Made by a program: the position numbers and the translations under genes | Assembly (NCBI GenBank): GCA_033442325.1 | Contig: JAWQFM010000003.1 | Coordinates: forward strand, 998,360 to 1,062,359 | Length of the DNA: 64,000 nucleotides | Reading direction: 5' to 3' | Source: Salpingoeca rosetta | Taxonomy: Eukaryota > Protista > Choanoflagellata | The notes under the pieces: model-generated | The model's input: the letters and a program-made list of their open reading frames with translations, nothing else | What the model was told of the DNA's origin: nothing | Databases searched by the model: none | In this document: positions 46,179 through 63,829 of the stretch, in pieces | Layout: every line of letters begins with the position of its first letter | Numbering within the stretch: the stretch's first letter is position 1

Positions 46179-47478
46179 GGATATGTGTGCGGTGGTTGTG
46201 ATATGCCCAGGAAGTGATGAACCATGCATCTCACCTTCATGGTGTCAAGGGGGTCAAACTCGCGGTGCTTGCTTGGCTGCGGAGGCTGTGCCGTGACTAA
46301 TGCAAGGGATCCATTCTCTCCCTGATCCTCTGGAGCCATTCCCTCGCCCGCATGCACCTGGTCCTCACGGCTGTACCACGGTTGCTGGCCTAAGCAGTGA
46401 TGTCCCACAAGGGGATGGGTGAGCATGGAAACAGGTGCGATGGAGAGAGGGGGGTGAGGAACACGGATGTTGAAGGAAGTGGATATAGCACGAGCGGGCA
46501 AAGAGAGGGCCGAGCATGCGCTATGAGTGAACGACAGAATCCAGCAGCGCTGAAAGCATTCGTACAAACACACACACACACACACACACACCCTTTGCGT
46601 CGAGGACTGTTTGGCCAAGATACTTGAGGGCGCCGACTTTCTTCTGCCATGCTTCAAGTTCCTCTTTCTTCTTCTTTTCCTTGTTGGCGGCATGTTGACG
46701 CTCCTTCTGTTGAACACCAAGTGCAAACGAAACAAATCGCCCGCCGTCCCACAACAGCACCGTGAGCGATGAATGATAGCAACCGTCACGGTTAATGTAT
46801 GCGTGTGGGCGTGGATCCAAGCTGAGCTGAGTCGCAGGAGAGAGCAGCAGGGAACGGGCAGACACGCCTGCGAACGTACGTGTGCTTGTTCCAGGTCTTC
46901 AAAGAAGTTGATGTGGCCAGAGGCCGTGGTCAGCGTCGGCTCTGGTGCTGGTATCTTGTCTTTGTCTTGTTTGCGCTGCTTGTGCTCGCGCCCATGTTCA
47001 CGCTTGTGGCGGCGATGTTGGCGCTGCGCGTCCACGTCGCGCGCGATCGCTGCCAGGTCATCCTCTTCAGCGCCAGCGCCGGCAACCTCGTCATCGCCGC
47101 GCTTGGCTCGCTTCCTCAGCACGTCCAGCCGCACTTCAGAGTCCTAACACACACAAAGCAAATCAACCACACGAGAGAAGAGGGTGGTGGAGTGGGTGTA
47201 CGCAAGGGCACGGCTATCAAAAGCACAATCACAAAACAAAAAGCACAGCACAACATCCAGCACACACGCACAAACCTATTCGTGCACATCACACAAACGA
47301 GGGCAGAAAGAGAGTGGGAGAAAGAGCAAAGTGGACGTACAGCCTTTCTGGTCCGCCTTTGACGCTCTTCCTCCTCTCGTTGGGCCTGTTCTTCATCCTT
47401 GCGGACCCGTTCCCTGTTCTTGAAGTTCCAGACGTTCCAGCTCTTGTGCGGCAAGATGCGCAGCCCACCGCCGCCCAT
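44945..47478 (-). CDS. LENG1: LENG1-like protein (Cir_N/CBF1-interacting corepressor N-terminal domain)
   Basis: MGGGGLRILPHKSWNVWNFKNRERVRKDEE, GHINFFEDLE, KVGALKYLGQ, QPWY, DPLDTMK, a Lys/His-rich block, C-terminal YSAQY. Confidence 0.8.
45277..45430. repeat. (CA)n followed by a CACACAAGCAT-type minisatellite (about 6 copies), LENG1 intron
   Basis: Repeated caagcatcacaca units with variable CA length. Confidence 0.9.
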
Positions 47479-47559
47479 CGTCGCTGTGCTTGCTTGGGTG
47501 GTCGATCGCTGACTGCAATTTATGGTGTTCTTGCTCTGACTTGGTGGACAACAACTCCG

Positions 47560-47651
47560 ATGCGTCTTGTTGTGCGGACAGCTGTGGCGGCCACAGTGGC
47601 TGTGCTCACCATCGCCTACGCGCTGTCATCTCTGCACTGCACAGGTAAGGT

Positions 47652-47700
<49 letters not shown>

Positions 47701-50597
47701 TGTGTGTGTGCGCTGTGTGTGTCTTTCTGTCTGTCCGTCTGTCTTTCTGTCTGTCCTCCCGTGTGTTACCAAAGCCGCCAAAGAAAGGATCGTGCCTTGG
47801 CCTGCTGTCTCTCTCTAGCCCTCTGTCTTGACTGCCGTTCACGCCAAGCTCGCGCTGCTTGCATGCACACGTGTGAAATGACTGCTGCCTGCAGAGGCTG
47901 TGGGCCAAAGTTGCAATGACAATTCAGCGTGTGCTCAGGACGGGAGCGAAAAATGCAAGAGTGGTTCCTGCAAGTGCAACGCAGGTTGGCATCATGCAAA
48001 CGTGGGCGCGCGTACGTGTGTTTGCGTACTGGCGTGAAGGACGCAGAAGCGAAGGTTGAGTGCACCCATAACCCCTGACCCTACTGCAATGACGCGTGTC
48101 CCCACTGATGCCCAACTCTGTTTCGTTACTTGCGCCACCACCACAATCTCCTCCCTACACGATTCAGCCTATGAGCACTATGAGATCACGGCCATTCCAT
48201 TCCTTGACTACTGCAAGAAGTGCACGTTCGGAAGGTACAAAGATTCGGTCGGCAACTTTGATTGCTACCCAACAAGACGGTGTGAGCCAGGACATCGGTA
48301 CAAGCACGTGTCCAAGAATCAAGATGCCACATGTCCCGCCTGCGAAAGTGGTATGTCAAAGCTCGCCGCGCACGTGCTTGTATCTTTGTGGCTGTGTCTG
48401 TGTGTGCATGTGTTGTGTGTTTGTGTGTTGTGTGTTTGTGTGTATATGTGTGTGCTTCGCCTCAGTGAACAGACCAAGCACTGCACCGATGGTTGTTTAT
48501 TCACCAGTGATATGACTTCACGAACCACACTACAGGCAAGTACCAAGCGAAGGTCAATCACCGTGACGACAACTGTTACACGTGGTCCACGTGTGCAGCT
48601 GGCAAGTACGTCAAGCAATCTGCAACCACGAAACGAGACCGAAGCTGCGACGCCTGCCCAGCAGGGAAGTACACGCCCAGGTCCAATCGTCTGACTTGCT
48701 CCGACTGCCCAAGCGGCAAATACCAAGACAACAGCGGCCGCTCAAGTACGTCGCTCGCGTTGTGTCTGTCTGTGTCTGTGGGTGTGGCTTTGAAAGGGCA
48801 CGCTTCGAGGGTGCAATCGGGATGATGTTGTTTGTGGTCCCTGTGTTGTTTCTCGCTTCGTCGGTCCTTGTCACACCTCACATTTTACTGTTTTGTGCGT
48901 GTGTGTGTGTGCGTGTGTGCGTGTTGTGCGTGTGTGTTGTGTGCGTGTGTGTTGTGTGTGTGTGTGTGTGTGTGTGTGTTGTCTGTTTGCTGCCTCCCAA
49001 GGTTGCAAGACAAGCACGACCTGTGATGACGGCTACTTTAGCATCTCTGAGCCGCCAACCTCGGATCGCATCTGTGCCAAGGCTTGCAGCCCTGGCAAAT
49101 ACAGCACCTTGCAGAGCCTTGACACGTGCATTTTGTGCGAACCTGGCACTTACCAAGACCAATCGGGTCAAACCGGCTGCAAACCGTGTGTGGACGCCTA
49201 TCAACCCATCGCTGGCCAATACAGTACGTCCCAGGATGACTTTGGTGGTTGGTGTTTGTTCTATCATGTCGCTCGTGTTATGTTACTCGATACCAGCATA
49301 TCACTTGTTCACGTCCACCACGTTCACGTTCACGCACCCACTGTTCCGCCATCTCCAGCGTGTCTGCGGCAGGCTGCATCACGTACAACACCTGTGGTGC
49401 TGGAACCAAGTTCAAGGCTGGCAGCGCCACAGCTGACCGCACGTGTGAAGCCTGCGAAGCCGGTAGGCGGCGTATGTCTGTGTGTCTGTGCGTCTGTGTG
49501 TCTGTGTCTTTGTGTGCACGTTTCAATTCTCGCGCGTACATCCCCGTCTGTTTCATGGTTTTCTGTGTGACACACACTGTGCCACCACCACGCCCTCCAC
49601 CAATTTGCCTGCAGGCAAATTCCGAGCGAGCCCAAGCCACAAGTACACCACGTGCCTGTCATGTCCGCCTGGCACGTTCCAGCCAAAATCGGGGCAGAGC
49701 GGGTGCTTGTCTTGTTTCGAGTGCACTATCGGCTACGCCGAGGACACGCCATGCACACCGTCAACTGACCGCACATGCACAGGTGTTGCTGATATGCGCG
49801 GGATCTTGTGCACGGTTGCACCTTTGCCTGCCTGCAAGCACGCGCTGGCTTCATCTTCTTCTGACCAACTGCTCTGCGTTTTACTCCAGACAAAGATCCA
49901 CCGGCCATCGTGCTGCGCCGTCCAGACAACAACGCCGTCATCACGAACACTTATGTCGTCGAAGCCACGTTTGCCTTTGAGCCCCCGATCTTCACCGCAA
50001 CAGACGCAGCAGCCGGCGCTGTCACCAAGACACTACCACCCAACATCGACGATATTGACACGAGTGAGTGCGTGAATGCCGTGAATTGATGTGCTGCCCC
50101 TCTGGGTGCGGCTGAATGTCCACACATGTGTGTATCTCTGCTTTGTGCACCCCCTTTCTCACAATCACCTACACAATACACAATACGCACACAATACACC
50201 ACACGCACGCACGCAACGCACGCACACAGGCACTGTGCGTTCTGACCAGATGCTGACGTACAAGGCGACGGATGCGAACATGAACACGGCAACACGCACC
50301 ATCACCGTGGTAGTCGTGGACACGACAGGGCCCGCCATCACATTTGACCCTGCAGTGCTGCAGCTGGAGGCCGGGGAGGAGGTGATGCGCAGCAACTTCA
50401 CGGTCGGCGTTTCCATCGTGGACCGCGTGGACGGAACACTGGGCATCAACCTGCTGGAATACGATGACAGCGACGTGAACGTGAACACGCTGGGCATGTA
50501 CGAGGTGGTCTACACGCTGTCTGCACCCGACTCGAACAACAACGAGGCGCCGCCCACCACACGCACAGCAGCCGTCGTCGACACCCTTGCACCAGTG

Positions 50598-50672
<75 letters not shown>

Positions 50673-52736
50673 ATGTCTGTTTGTGTGTGCATGTCTGTTT
50701 GTGTGTGCATGTCTGTTTGTGTGTGCATGTCTGTTTGTGTTTGTGTGTGCGTGCCTTCATCTACGTGGACACTCACTTACCTCCTTGCCTCCGTTTCTCC
50801 TTGCCTCCCATTCAACTCTTTTATCTGTTCACTTCCTCATCAATCCCTGTCACACATTGCCAACCAATCACAGGTCATCACCATTGGTTTTGGCGACCGC
50901 GACGTGTCGGAACACAACGTGGTTATCCACGAGGCGGCAACAGAGTTTATCTTCCCGAGCCAGTCTGCATTTGATACATTCGACACCGCTGTCAATGGCG
51001 GCGACGTGCGACGCAACGAAGAGCCGGTGCGTTGTCGCTCTTTTCCTGCGTCTTCCTTGTCGCTGGTGTGTCTTGACCACGTCATGCACTATTCCATCGC
51101 TTCCATTTCTCCCACTTCTCCCTCCCCGTCTCACGCACCCTTTTCCCTTGACACTCACATTTCCCCCGATTCCCCCCCCCCCCACACACACACACCCTGT
51201 TCGCAGACCTTCAGCTCGGTCGTGGACGACGGCACGCAGTTCACGTTCACGTACACGGCGACGGATGCGTCGGATAACACGGCGACGGTGGTGTATGTGA
51301 TTGAGGTGCGGGACACGATGGCGCCAACCATCACCATCAATGGCGAGCACAACATCACGCACGAGGCCGGGACGGAATATGTCGATGCAGGAGCAACAGC
51401 AACAGACCTGCTGGAGGATGCGATTGGGCGCGGGGTGGAGGTGGTGGTCACCAACAACGTGTTGAGCAAGCCGCCGTCTGCGCCCGCTGTGTTCACGGTG
51501 GAGTACGACGCGTGCGACAAGGCCGACAACTGTCGGCTTGCCATTCGCACCGTGCACGTGCTGGACCGCACGGCACCCGTCGTGACGCTGTATGGCGCGG
51601 AAGAGGTGCACGTGCCGTATGCGACACGGTATGTGGAGGCCGGGTACAGCGCACAGGATGTGCACGACGGCAACGTGACGTCGCAGGTGGTGGTGAGTGG
51701 GGCCGATGTGATTGACGTGCACGTGGCGGGGACGTACGAGATTGAGTACGCAGTGATGGATGCCAGTGGCAACACGGGTGTCGCGGTGCGGACGGTGGTG
51801 GTTGAGGCGCTGATGCGACCGGAGCAGGAGGATGTGGTGGTGGAGCTGGTGCTTGCAGGCATGCCAGAGACCATCTTTGGCGGGGTGTTGCAGCTTGAGC
51901 GCGATCTGGAGGAAGCGCTGAATGTCGAGATTGTGGTGGTGTTCAACGTAAAAGATGGTGGAATGAGGAAGACTGCGCCTGGCGTATCAACAAGTGCGAC
52001 AGTGGTTGAGTTTGGGGTTCGGGCGTCTGACACGCTGCAGTGGAGGGATGCGAAAGTGTTTGCGGATGACCTTGCCCAGCAGGTGGCGTTTGTTGGCGAC
52101 GTCCGGGTGTTGGGTGCCAGTGTTGCTGGGTCCATGTCGTCTTCATCGTCGCCATCAAGAGGCGGCAGCGTTGCCGGGCCCGCCGCTGGCGGTGTTGCTG
52201 GGCTTCTTCTGCTGGTGCGTCAGGTCATTCCGGTGAATGCACGCACAAGTGTGCGTGTCGGTGCGTGTTGGGGACGTGAATATAACAGTGCGTGTGTGTA
52301 TGCACTTCACTAACTCTACCTCTGTTGTGCCTGCAGGTGGTTGTGGCTGCTGTTGTGCTACGGTGTCGGTCACGAACGGCCAAGTCTCGTCTCGCAGCAC
52401 CGGTAGGCAGACTCTCTTCGTTTGCAATGCGTCGCGAGGCTCCCACTATGGTGTTTGTTTAGGTTCTTTGGTGTGCGTTGTGCGGTGTTGTGTGCTTAGC
52501 TAGCAATGCAGCTTGCTGATCGACCCCACATGCACAGAAGGCACCCACGACTTTGTGGCCTTGACCCCAACTCTTTCAACAACATGAATGTGCGCACGCT
52601 TCACAACGTAGGGTGCTGAGGGTGCTGTCACCATGAATCCGACGTTTGAGGGAGGACAAGTTGAACCGGAAGAACATGGTGGGTGGACGACCTTCGAACT
52701 GTGTTTGTTTTCGCAACTGCGGTGTGCGTGCGTGTG

Positions 52737-52789
<53 letters not shown>

Positions 52790-53078
52790 GTGTGTGTGTG
52801 TGTGCGTGTGTGTGTGATGTGGTGTCCTTGCTCTTTGTGCATTGTTTCGTCTCTGTGGCATCCTCTCCTGTTTTCACTGGACATGCTCATGCGAGCATTC
52901 ATTCAATATGTAACGCCTGTGGTGCGGTGCGTGGACACAATCTGCCCGATACCTGCCTGCTTGCAGTGTACCAAGTGCCAGCGCGCTTGCTGGCAACGAT
53001 GCCGGGAAGCGCAAAGAACACCCGCCGTCATACGCGCTGGGACCCCTCCTTTTACGACGTGGGCAAATCTGAGACGCA

Positions 53079-53109
<31 letters not shown>

Positions 53110-53424
53110 AAGCCGCCACCACAACACCAACCACAGCCACAACAACCCCTGCAGCCGCAGCGGAAGCAACGAAAACAGCACGACGGTGCTGAGAATGTAC
53201 GTGGCACGGGGGAGCGTGATGAGGATAACGGCAATCGTACACGGCCGCAGTCAATTCACGCGTGGTCCTCAGATTTGTATGACACACACGAAGGGAGTGA
53301 GCACGCTCTTACCTTTCGGGTGGCCGTGCCAACCCACTCGTCAACACTTGCGTCCAATGCGTCAAGAGATATAAGAGATGCTCCGGTGTACGACGTGGTG
53401 GAAGTTGTGCACTCGAGGCGGTGA
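47560..53424 (+). CDS. Single-pass receptor-like protein: signal peptide, Cys-rich (TNFR/ephrin-receptor-like) repeats, about 5 DUF5011/HYR-like Ig domains, TM helix, Tyr-motif tail
   Basis: [23 protein letters not shown]; repeats such as CxxCxxGxYQ and DRxCxxC; [11 protein letters not shown]...[21 protein letters not shown]...[11 protein letters not shown]...[15 protein letters not shown]; [19 protein letters not shown]; tail with NPTF, YQVP, YDV, YDT, YDV. Confidence 0.8.
50602..50742. repeat. (GT)n plus an 18-bp unit GCATGTCTGTTTGTGTGT (about 4 copies), receptor intron
   Basis: Directly visible. Confidence 0.9.
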
Positions 53425-53893
53425 CAGGCCGCCTTCTTGGTCCGTTGGACGTTACCCACCTGTTGCTTGCGTTCGTGATTCTTCATGTCTTCATGTGTTG
53501 GCACACACACACACATGCACATGCGCGCGCGCACACACGCACAAGACGAAAAGACTTCCCTTCCAGACTTCCAGACGACTTGGCATGTGCTGTGACTGGT
53601 TCTGTTCTTTCTTGTCGTGCTTGCAGGCTTGCTTGCCGTTGCTTGCCATGCTTGGGATGGCGTGTGGCAGGTGCATTACACAGCTGCTGTTACAACGTCC
53701 TCATCCTCATTCGCTCATTGTCACCACGAGACGAAGCACATCAATCAGCACAGCATCCTTCTATCCTTCATGGCCACACAAAAGACACAAAGGAGAGGTT
53801 CACAAGAGAGAGAGAGGAGAACACGAAAGTCGAGAACGCAAAAAACACGCTTCTTGGCGTGGATGGTGTCATCATTTCCGCACGCAAGAAGGA

Positions 53894-57950
<4,057 letters not shown>

Positions 57951-58619
57951 TCTGGAAGTGGGTGTGAGTGTGACCTGAAGTAACACATGGCGAGTGTGCA
58001 GCCTGTACATGCCATATGTAACCCGTGCACCCCATGCAACGCTGCGGTTTTGGGCAACGGTTCGTGTTCCTCATCGCAGTGATGTAACCAACCTGTGATG
58101 TTTGTTCTGACGCGTTGACATGATTATCACATGACATGACTGTCACATCCCATCACATCACGTCGTTTCGACTCCATCATTATTGCTTGGTCCTGTCCAC
58201 ATGTTGTTTTGTCGTAATTGAACTAAGTGACTTTGCACGATGCACGCACGCGTGTGTTTGTGTGAATGTATGTTTGGATAAGATTTTGCTCCTCTTCTAA
58301 TGCTCTTCAATGTCGCCCCCAAAAACGGCTTGCTTGTTGTTCGTGTGTGAATGTATGTCATAGCTCGCGCGTGTGTATTGCGGGGCAGGCGCCCTGCCTG
58401 CCACTTGCTTGCTCGAACAGCAACATCGAGAAAGCGAGAAAAGACAGCAGGCAACGAGTAAAAGCATGCAACACAACGCAAATGCAACACACAGTGCACA
58501 CACACGGAGAGAGCCGCGTGAAACATCTACATTCACTCATGCACATTCGCTACTAACAACGCCAAGTACGCCGCACAAACACATGACGAGGGCGGTTGCT
58601 GGCGTGGTACTGTGCGCGG

Positions 58620-58756
58620 TTACATGATGATGGCTGGTTCTGCCACGCTGGCCTTGATGGACTTGTGTGGGAGCACACGCGCCCCGTTGAGATAGAGCTC
58701 GTCCTTCACGTTCACGTCCTCACCCAGCACCGTCACGCCCTCAAGACGCGCCTGGC

Positions 58757-58817
<61 letters not shown>

Positions 58818-60704
58818 CGCTTGTATGTATGTGCGCAGTGCGCGCTTACAAAGGCATCGTCAATCCCCCCCCACACACACACACTCTCTCATCTCCTCCC
58901 CCATTCACCCCTCTACCCCAAAATCATCGTCGTACCCATGCGCCGACGGTGGACCGCCAGCCAATGATGGCCGAGTGCAGCCACGCGTGCGCCTTCACCT
59001 ACACACAGCACCAGCAAACACGGCACGAAACGACGTGAGCGCCACCACGACAGAGTGCGTGGGACATGTGGGACATGTGTGCAATATGTGTGTGTGTGTG
59101 TGTGGCATATGTATGTGTGTGTGTGTGTGTGTACGCGTAGCTGTTGTGCATGTTGCGTGTGGCATGTGCATGTGTGTGTGTGTGTGCGTGCCATGTGGCT
59201 ACTGTTTGCTGACCTGAACGCCCTCGAAGATGGCGCAGCGCTGCAGGCGGCATCCTGATGCGCAAGAACACACCAGGCATGGACCCTGTGGTGAGCTTGT
59301 CATTCACTCTGTTGATGCAGCTTCATCAAAACACACACACACACAACACACACACACACACCACACACACACACACACACCTGCGCCGATGGTGGTGTTT
59401 GGTCCGATGACAACATGTGGACCAATCTTACAGCCGCGGCCAATCTTGGCAGACGGATGCTGGCGTGGCGCGCATCGTCGTGGTGGAGGAACAGTGAGGC
59501 GCACGTGGTACGAAGAGAAGAGAAGAGAGCACTCATCCATGCATGCATGCATGCACAGTGTCATTCACAGTGTCATTCACGCGCACACACTAACACATTC
59601 ACTAACACACACACACTAACACATACACGTTCACGCACACACGCACACTCACACACGCACACACATTCACACACATTCACACACATTCACGTGCAACATG
59701 AGCCATCTCTGGTGTGCGACGACGTACAATGAGGCAGGGCCCGACAATCTCGTAGTCGCTGTTGTCTGCGGCTGCGAGCGTCTCCGGTGCGGTGGCGTGA
59801 ACGGAGCTGAGGTACAGCACCAGGCCCTTGAGGTAGTCTGGCGGCTGCCCAACGTCCATCCAGAAGCCTGCATGCACACACACGCACAACAGGAACCGTT
59901 GTGGTGGTAAAAGGGTGAGTCAAGTATTGGTAGTGTGGTTGGTTGTTGTACAACGCCAAGGAAAAACAAAATACACACACACACACACACACACACAAAA
60001 AAAAGAAGGGGGTGGGTGGGTGAAGCAAATAAACCATGTTCAGGTACACACAAACAACTCAGGAAGCGAGCGAAACAGGTGCGTGTGGGATGTGCAGTCG
60101 ACCTGGGAGGTCCATGGCGTAGAGGTTGTTGGCGGCAGCCATGGCAGGGAAGATTTCCTGCTCAATTGACGTCGGGCGCAGCTGAACACGCGTCGTATGG
60201 GGGTGGTGCCGGTATTGGTGGTGGTAGTGACAGGCGGTGGGGTGAGCGGTGGTGGTCCACGAATGCGCCGTCTGAACCGACAGCTTGGACAACATACGCC
60301 ACGACCAAACACATGGCACATGGCACATGGCACATGGAGAGTGAAGAGTGAGAGGGGGTCGTCATACCTCGATTCTGTCGAGAATCTCGGGGTTGAAGAT
60401 GTACAGGCCAGCGTTGATGCGGTTGCCAACAAACACCTGAACAGCAATCCGTGGTGGCGGCATGTGATGAGGGGAGCGCTGCTGGCATACACACAACACA
60501 GACGAAGAGGGCACACACACGCACACACACGCGCACACACACACGCACACACACACACACACACACCTGTGGTTTCTCGACGAAGCGCTGGATGCGGCCG
60601 GTTTCCTGATCGGAGACAACGACGCCATACTTGCTTGGCTCTTCAACCTTGGTCACCTGCCGATGGACACACACACGCACACACACACGCACATACACAC
60701 ACAC

Positions 60705-60749
<45 letters not shown>

Positions 60750-61952
60750 CGCACACACGCACGCGCGCGCACACACACGCACGCACACACGCACGCGCAC
60801 ACACACACACAAGCATGTATGTTTGTGAACTTGAGCGACGCGTGAGGGATGCAGGTTCAGACGGGCGGTGTGGGCTGGGAGCATGAAGCGTACCAAGATT
60901 GTTCCCTCGCAGCCGTGGTTCTTGTGGAAGGCGATGAGATCCGTGAAGGGAAAGTTGCAGATGACGTCGCTGTTCAGCACAAAGAACGGCTCGCCATCGC
61001 GCAGAATAGACTCAGCCAGCTTCAGCGGCCCAGCTGTGCACATGTACACAAACACACACACATGGTGTCAGGAGTGCAGCTGTGTCAATTGAGCATACTG
61101 GGGCTGATGAACGCACGCAGGCATACCTGTTCCCAAGGGCTCCTTCTCCTGAGAGATGGTGATTTGGATGCCAAGCTACCCGACACAAATCAATGAATGT
61201 CACACACACACACATATACACACACTGTGAGCTCATGGTCGGCAAAGCAATGGCTGAGGTGCAAGCAACAGTGACACACAAAGAGGAAACACAGTAACAC
61301 ACACACAGATGCACACATGTACACGCACACGCACACATGCACACGCAAAGCACACAAGCACACAACACACACACACACGAGATGCAGTGATTCGGCAAAT
61401 CAGCATACTCGTTCGGCGTGCTGGCGCATCTCGTCCTCCATGATTTCAGCACGGTAGTTGACGGCAAGCACGACGTGGTCAACGCCAGCCTCCTTCAGAG
61501 CCTCAACCTTGAGCCATCAACGTCATCACACCAGCATGCTGTCAGCTCGACACGCGCACACACAACGTTGTGCACGAAGTGCACAGAGAGATGCATCCCT
61601 TCCCAGAATCACCAACTCACACGAAGGAATTTCACACACATGCACATGCACACACACGCACATGCACACACATGCACACACACACACATTCACACACGCA
61701 CAGGCGACAAGGATGCATTGTTCCACGTCAGACAAGAACCTTGTACACTTGTTGCTTCTCTTTCTCACGACATCGTTAACCCTTCCCCCCCCCCAGCGCC
61801 ACTTCCCCATGAAATGGTGCTACCGCGTGCACGCCACGTACCTGATGCATGACCATGGGCTTGTTTGCAAAGGGCACCAGGGGCTTGGGCAGCGACAGCG
61901 TCAGCGGACGCAGGCGGGTGCCAAACCCACCCACCAAGATGAGAGCCTTCAT
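58620..61952 (-). CDS. GMPPB: Mannose-1-phosphate guanylyltransferase beta (GDP-mannose pyrophosphorylase)
   Basis: [93 protein letters not shown], hexapeptide repeats, [11 protein letters not shown]. Confidence 0.97.
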
Positions 61953-62118
61953 TGTTGTTGTTCGTTGTCGTTGTTGGTTGTGTGTTGTTGAAAGCGGATA
62001 CGGAAAATTTGTGTAAATCATAAACAACTTATCCGCACAACCACGGCAGAAGAGGAGGAGGACGGACACAGCTTTGCTTCTTTGTTGTTTGTTTGAGTGT
62101 TTGAGTCAACAGGGAACG

Positions 62119-62167
62119 ATGGCGACAAGGAGTGTGGCTGGGCACATCCGTGGATGGTACGTGGTCG

Positions 62168-62219
<52 letters not shown>

Positions 62220-62602
62220 ATGCAAGGAGGGGGCAAGGAAAGTGTAGTCGTGCGTGTGCGGTCTGTGCTTGCCGTGCTCGGTTGGACACTGCTTTGGTGC
62301 AAGTCAGAAGCAGCAACCACTGACACACACTGACACACCGCACACACGCACCACGCACCACGCACCACGCACACCTGCAATGCACATGAATACACACCTC
62401 AAGGCTGAGCAGGGTAGGGCAGCACTGGGGAAACATCTCGGGATCTAATGCACTCCACCAGCAGCGCAGCAACTTGAAACACGCACGAAGAAACCTCGAA
62501 CAAGCAAGAGAAAACTACGCAAAGGTCGGCGTTTCGTTGTATCTTGTGGTGATTGGGATGTTCATTCAACACACATGCACACACGCGCACACGCACACGC
62601 AC

Positions 62603-62641
<39 letters not shown>

Positions 62642-63829
62642 CACATGCACACATGACGCGCAAGGATGCAATTTATGCACCTCACGCTCCCCCCGTCTGC
62701 TCGCTCGTTGTGGCTGTATTTAGGCGCGAAAGAACTTGCACAAGGCACAGGTTGAGAAGCAGCGGGAGGTGGACACAAACACCAACTTCAAGGACAGCCC
62801 GATTCGAGGGCAGTATGAACAGGCAAAGCAACAGCACACACAAGCAAGCCGAGAGGTCAGACCAAAGGTTCCACATTCTATCCCCATTCTCGACACTACG
62901 CTGTGTTTGCGACAATGAACACCCACACGTACATGCGGTTCTCTCATCGCTTGGCGTTGGTGTGTGGTTTTGTACGTGTGTGTGTGTGTGTGTGTGTGTG
63001 ATGTTGTCTCTGCAGCAAGAGATGCGGCTGAACGAGTACAAGGCTGCCCTGTCAGCGGTGGAGCAAGCAGAGGCCACCTTTGCCAAGCTCAACAGCATGC
63101 AGAAGTCCTTCATCACCGTCACCACTTTTGCCACCACCCTCGTCACGCCCATCTTCGTCTTGTGGCGAACAGGGTATGTTGACGGATGCGCCCGCCCGTC
63201 TCGTTTGCCTACCTCGTCTGCCTGTCTGCTCGTCTGTCCCTTTTGTGTCTGTTGTGTTCTGTTTAGCTGGTTTATGGTTGTCTGTATACCCGTGTGCCAG
63301 GTGCAGACGCAAGCACGTGCACGCACATGCAACCAATCACTCCAATCACTCCAACGCTTGCTACTTGCCACTCCCAACATCGTAGCTCACGCACGCACGC
63401 GACACCCTTGATGTGGTGCTGTCTTTCAGGAGCCATACGGAGCAGGCTGTGCACGAAACACTGAGACCGTTTAAGGACAAGGTGCAAACCGTCGCATCAA
63501 CGCCAACCTCGAACCAACAACCCCACGCCCAAGCACAAGACCAACCGCCAATGAGATTACAACAGCAGCAGCAGCAGCAGCAGCAGCGAGAGCATGAGCA
63601 GACACAGCAGGAGGGAGAGTCAAGTGCCACATCATCGGCCACGGCCTCACCGCCACTCGAGGACATTCGCGCGCAGTTGCAGACGGTGCGAAGGCGCGTG
63701 GCGCAACTGCACGACGAAGCAGCACACCAGCGCAGTGCCCTTGACACGGAGCACACCACGGCGTGGGTGGCCGTCGGCGGCATGGCAGCTGCAGTGGTCC
63801 TCACCATCTTCATCCGCGCCACAAGCTGA
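62119..63829 (+). CDS. Coiled-coil protein with two TM helices, She9/Mdm33-CCDC51(MITOK)-like, 5 exons
   Basis: MATRSVAGHIRGWLSRVGQHWGNISGSNAL, a long coiled coil containing QREV, TM1 FITVTTFATTLVTPIFVLW, a second coiled coil, and terminal TM2 WVAVGGMAAAVVLTIFI. The architecture match is by eye. Confidence 0.55.
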
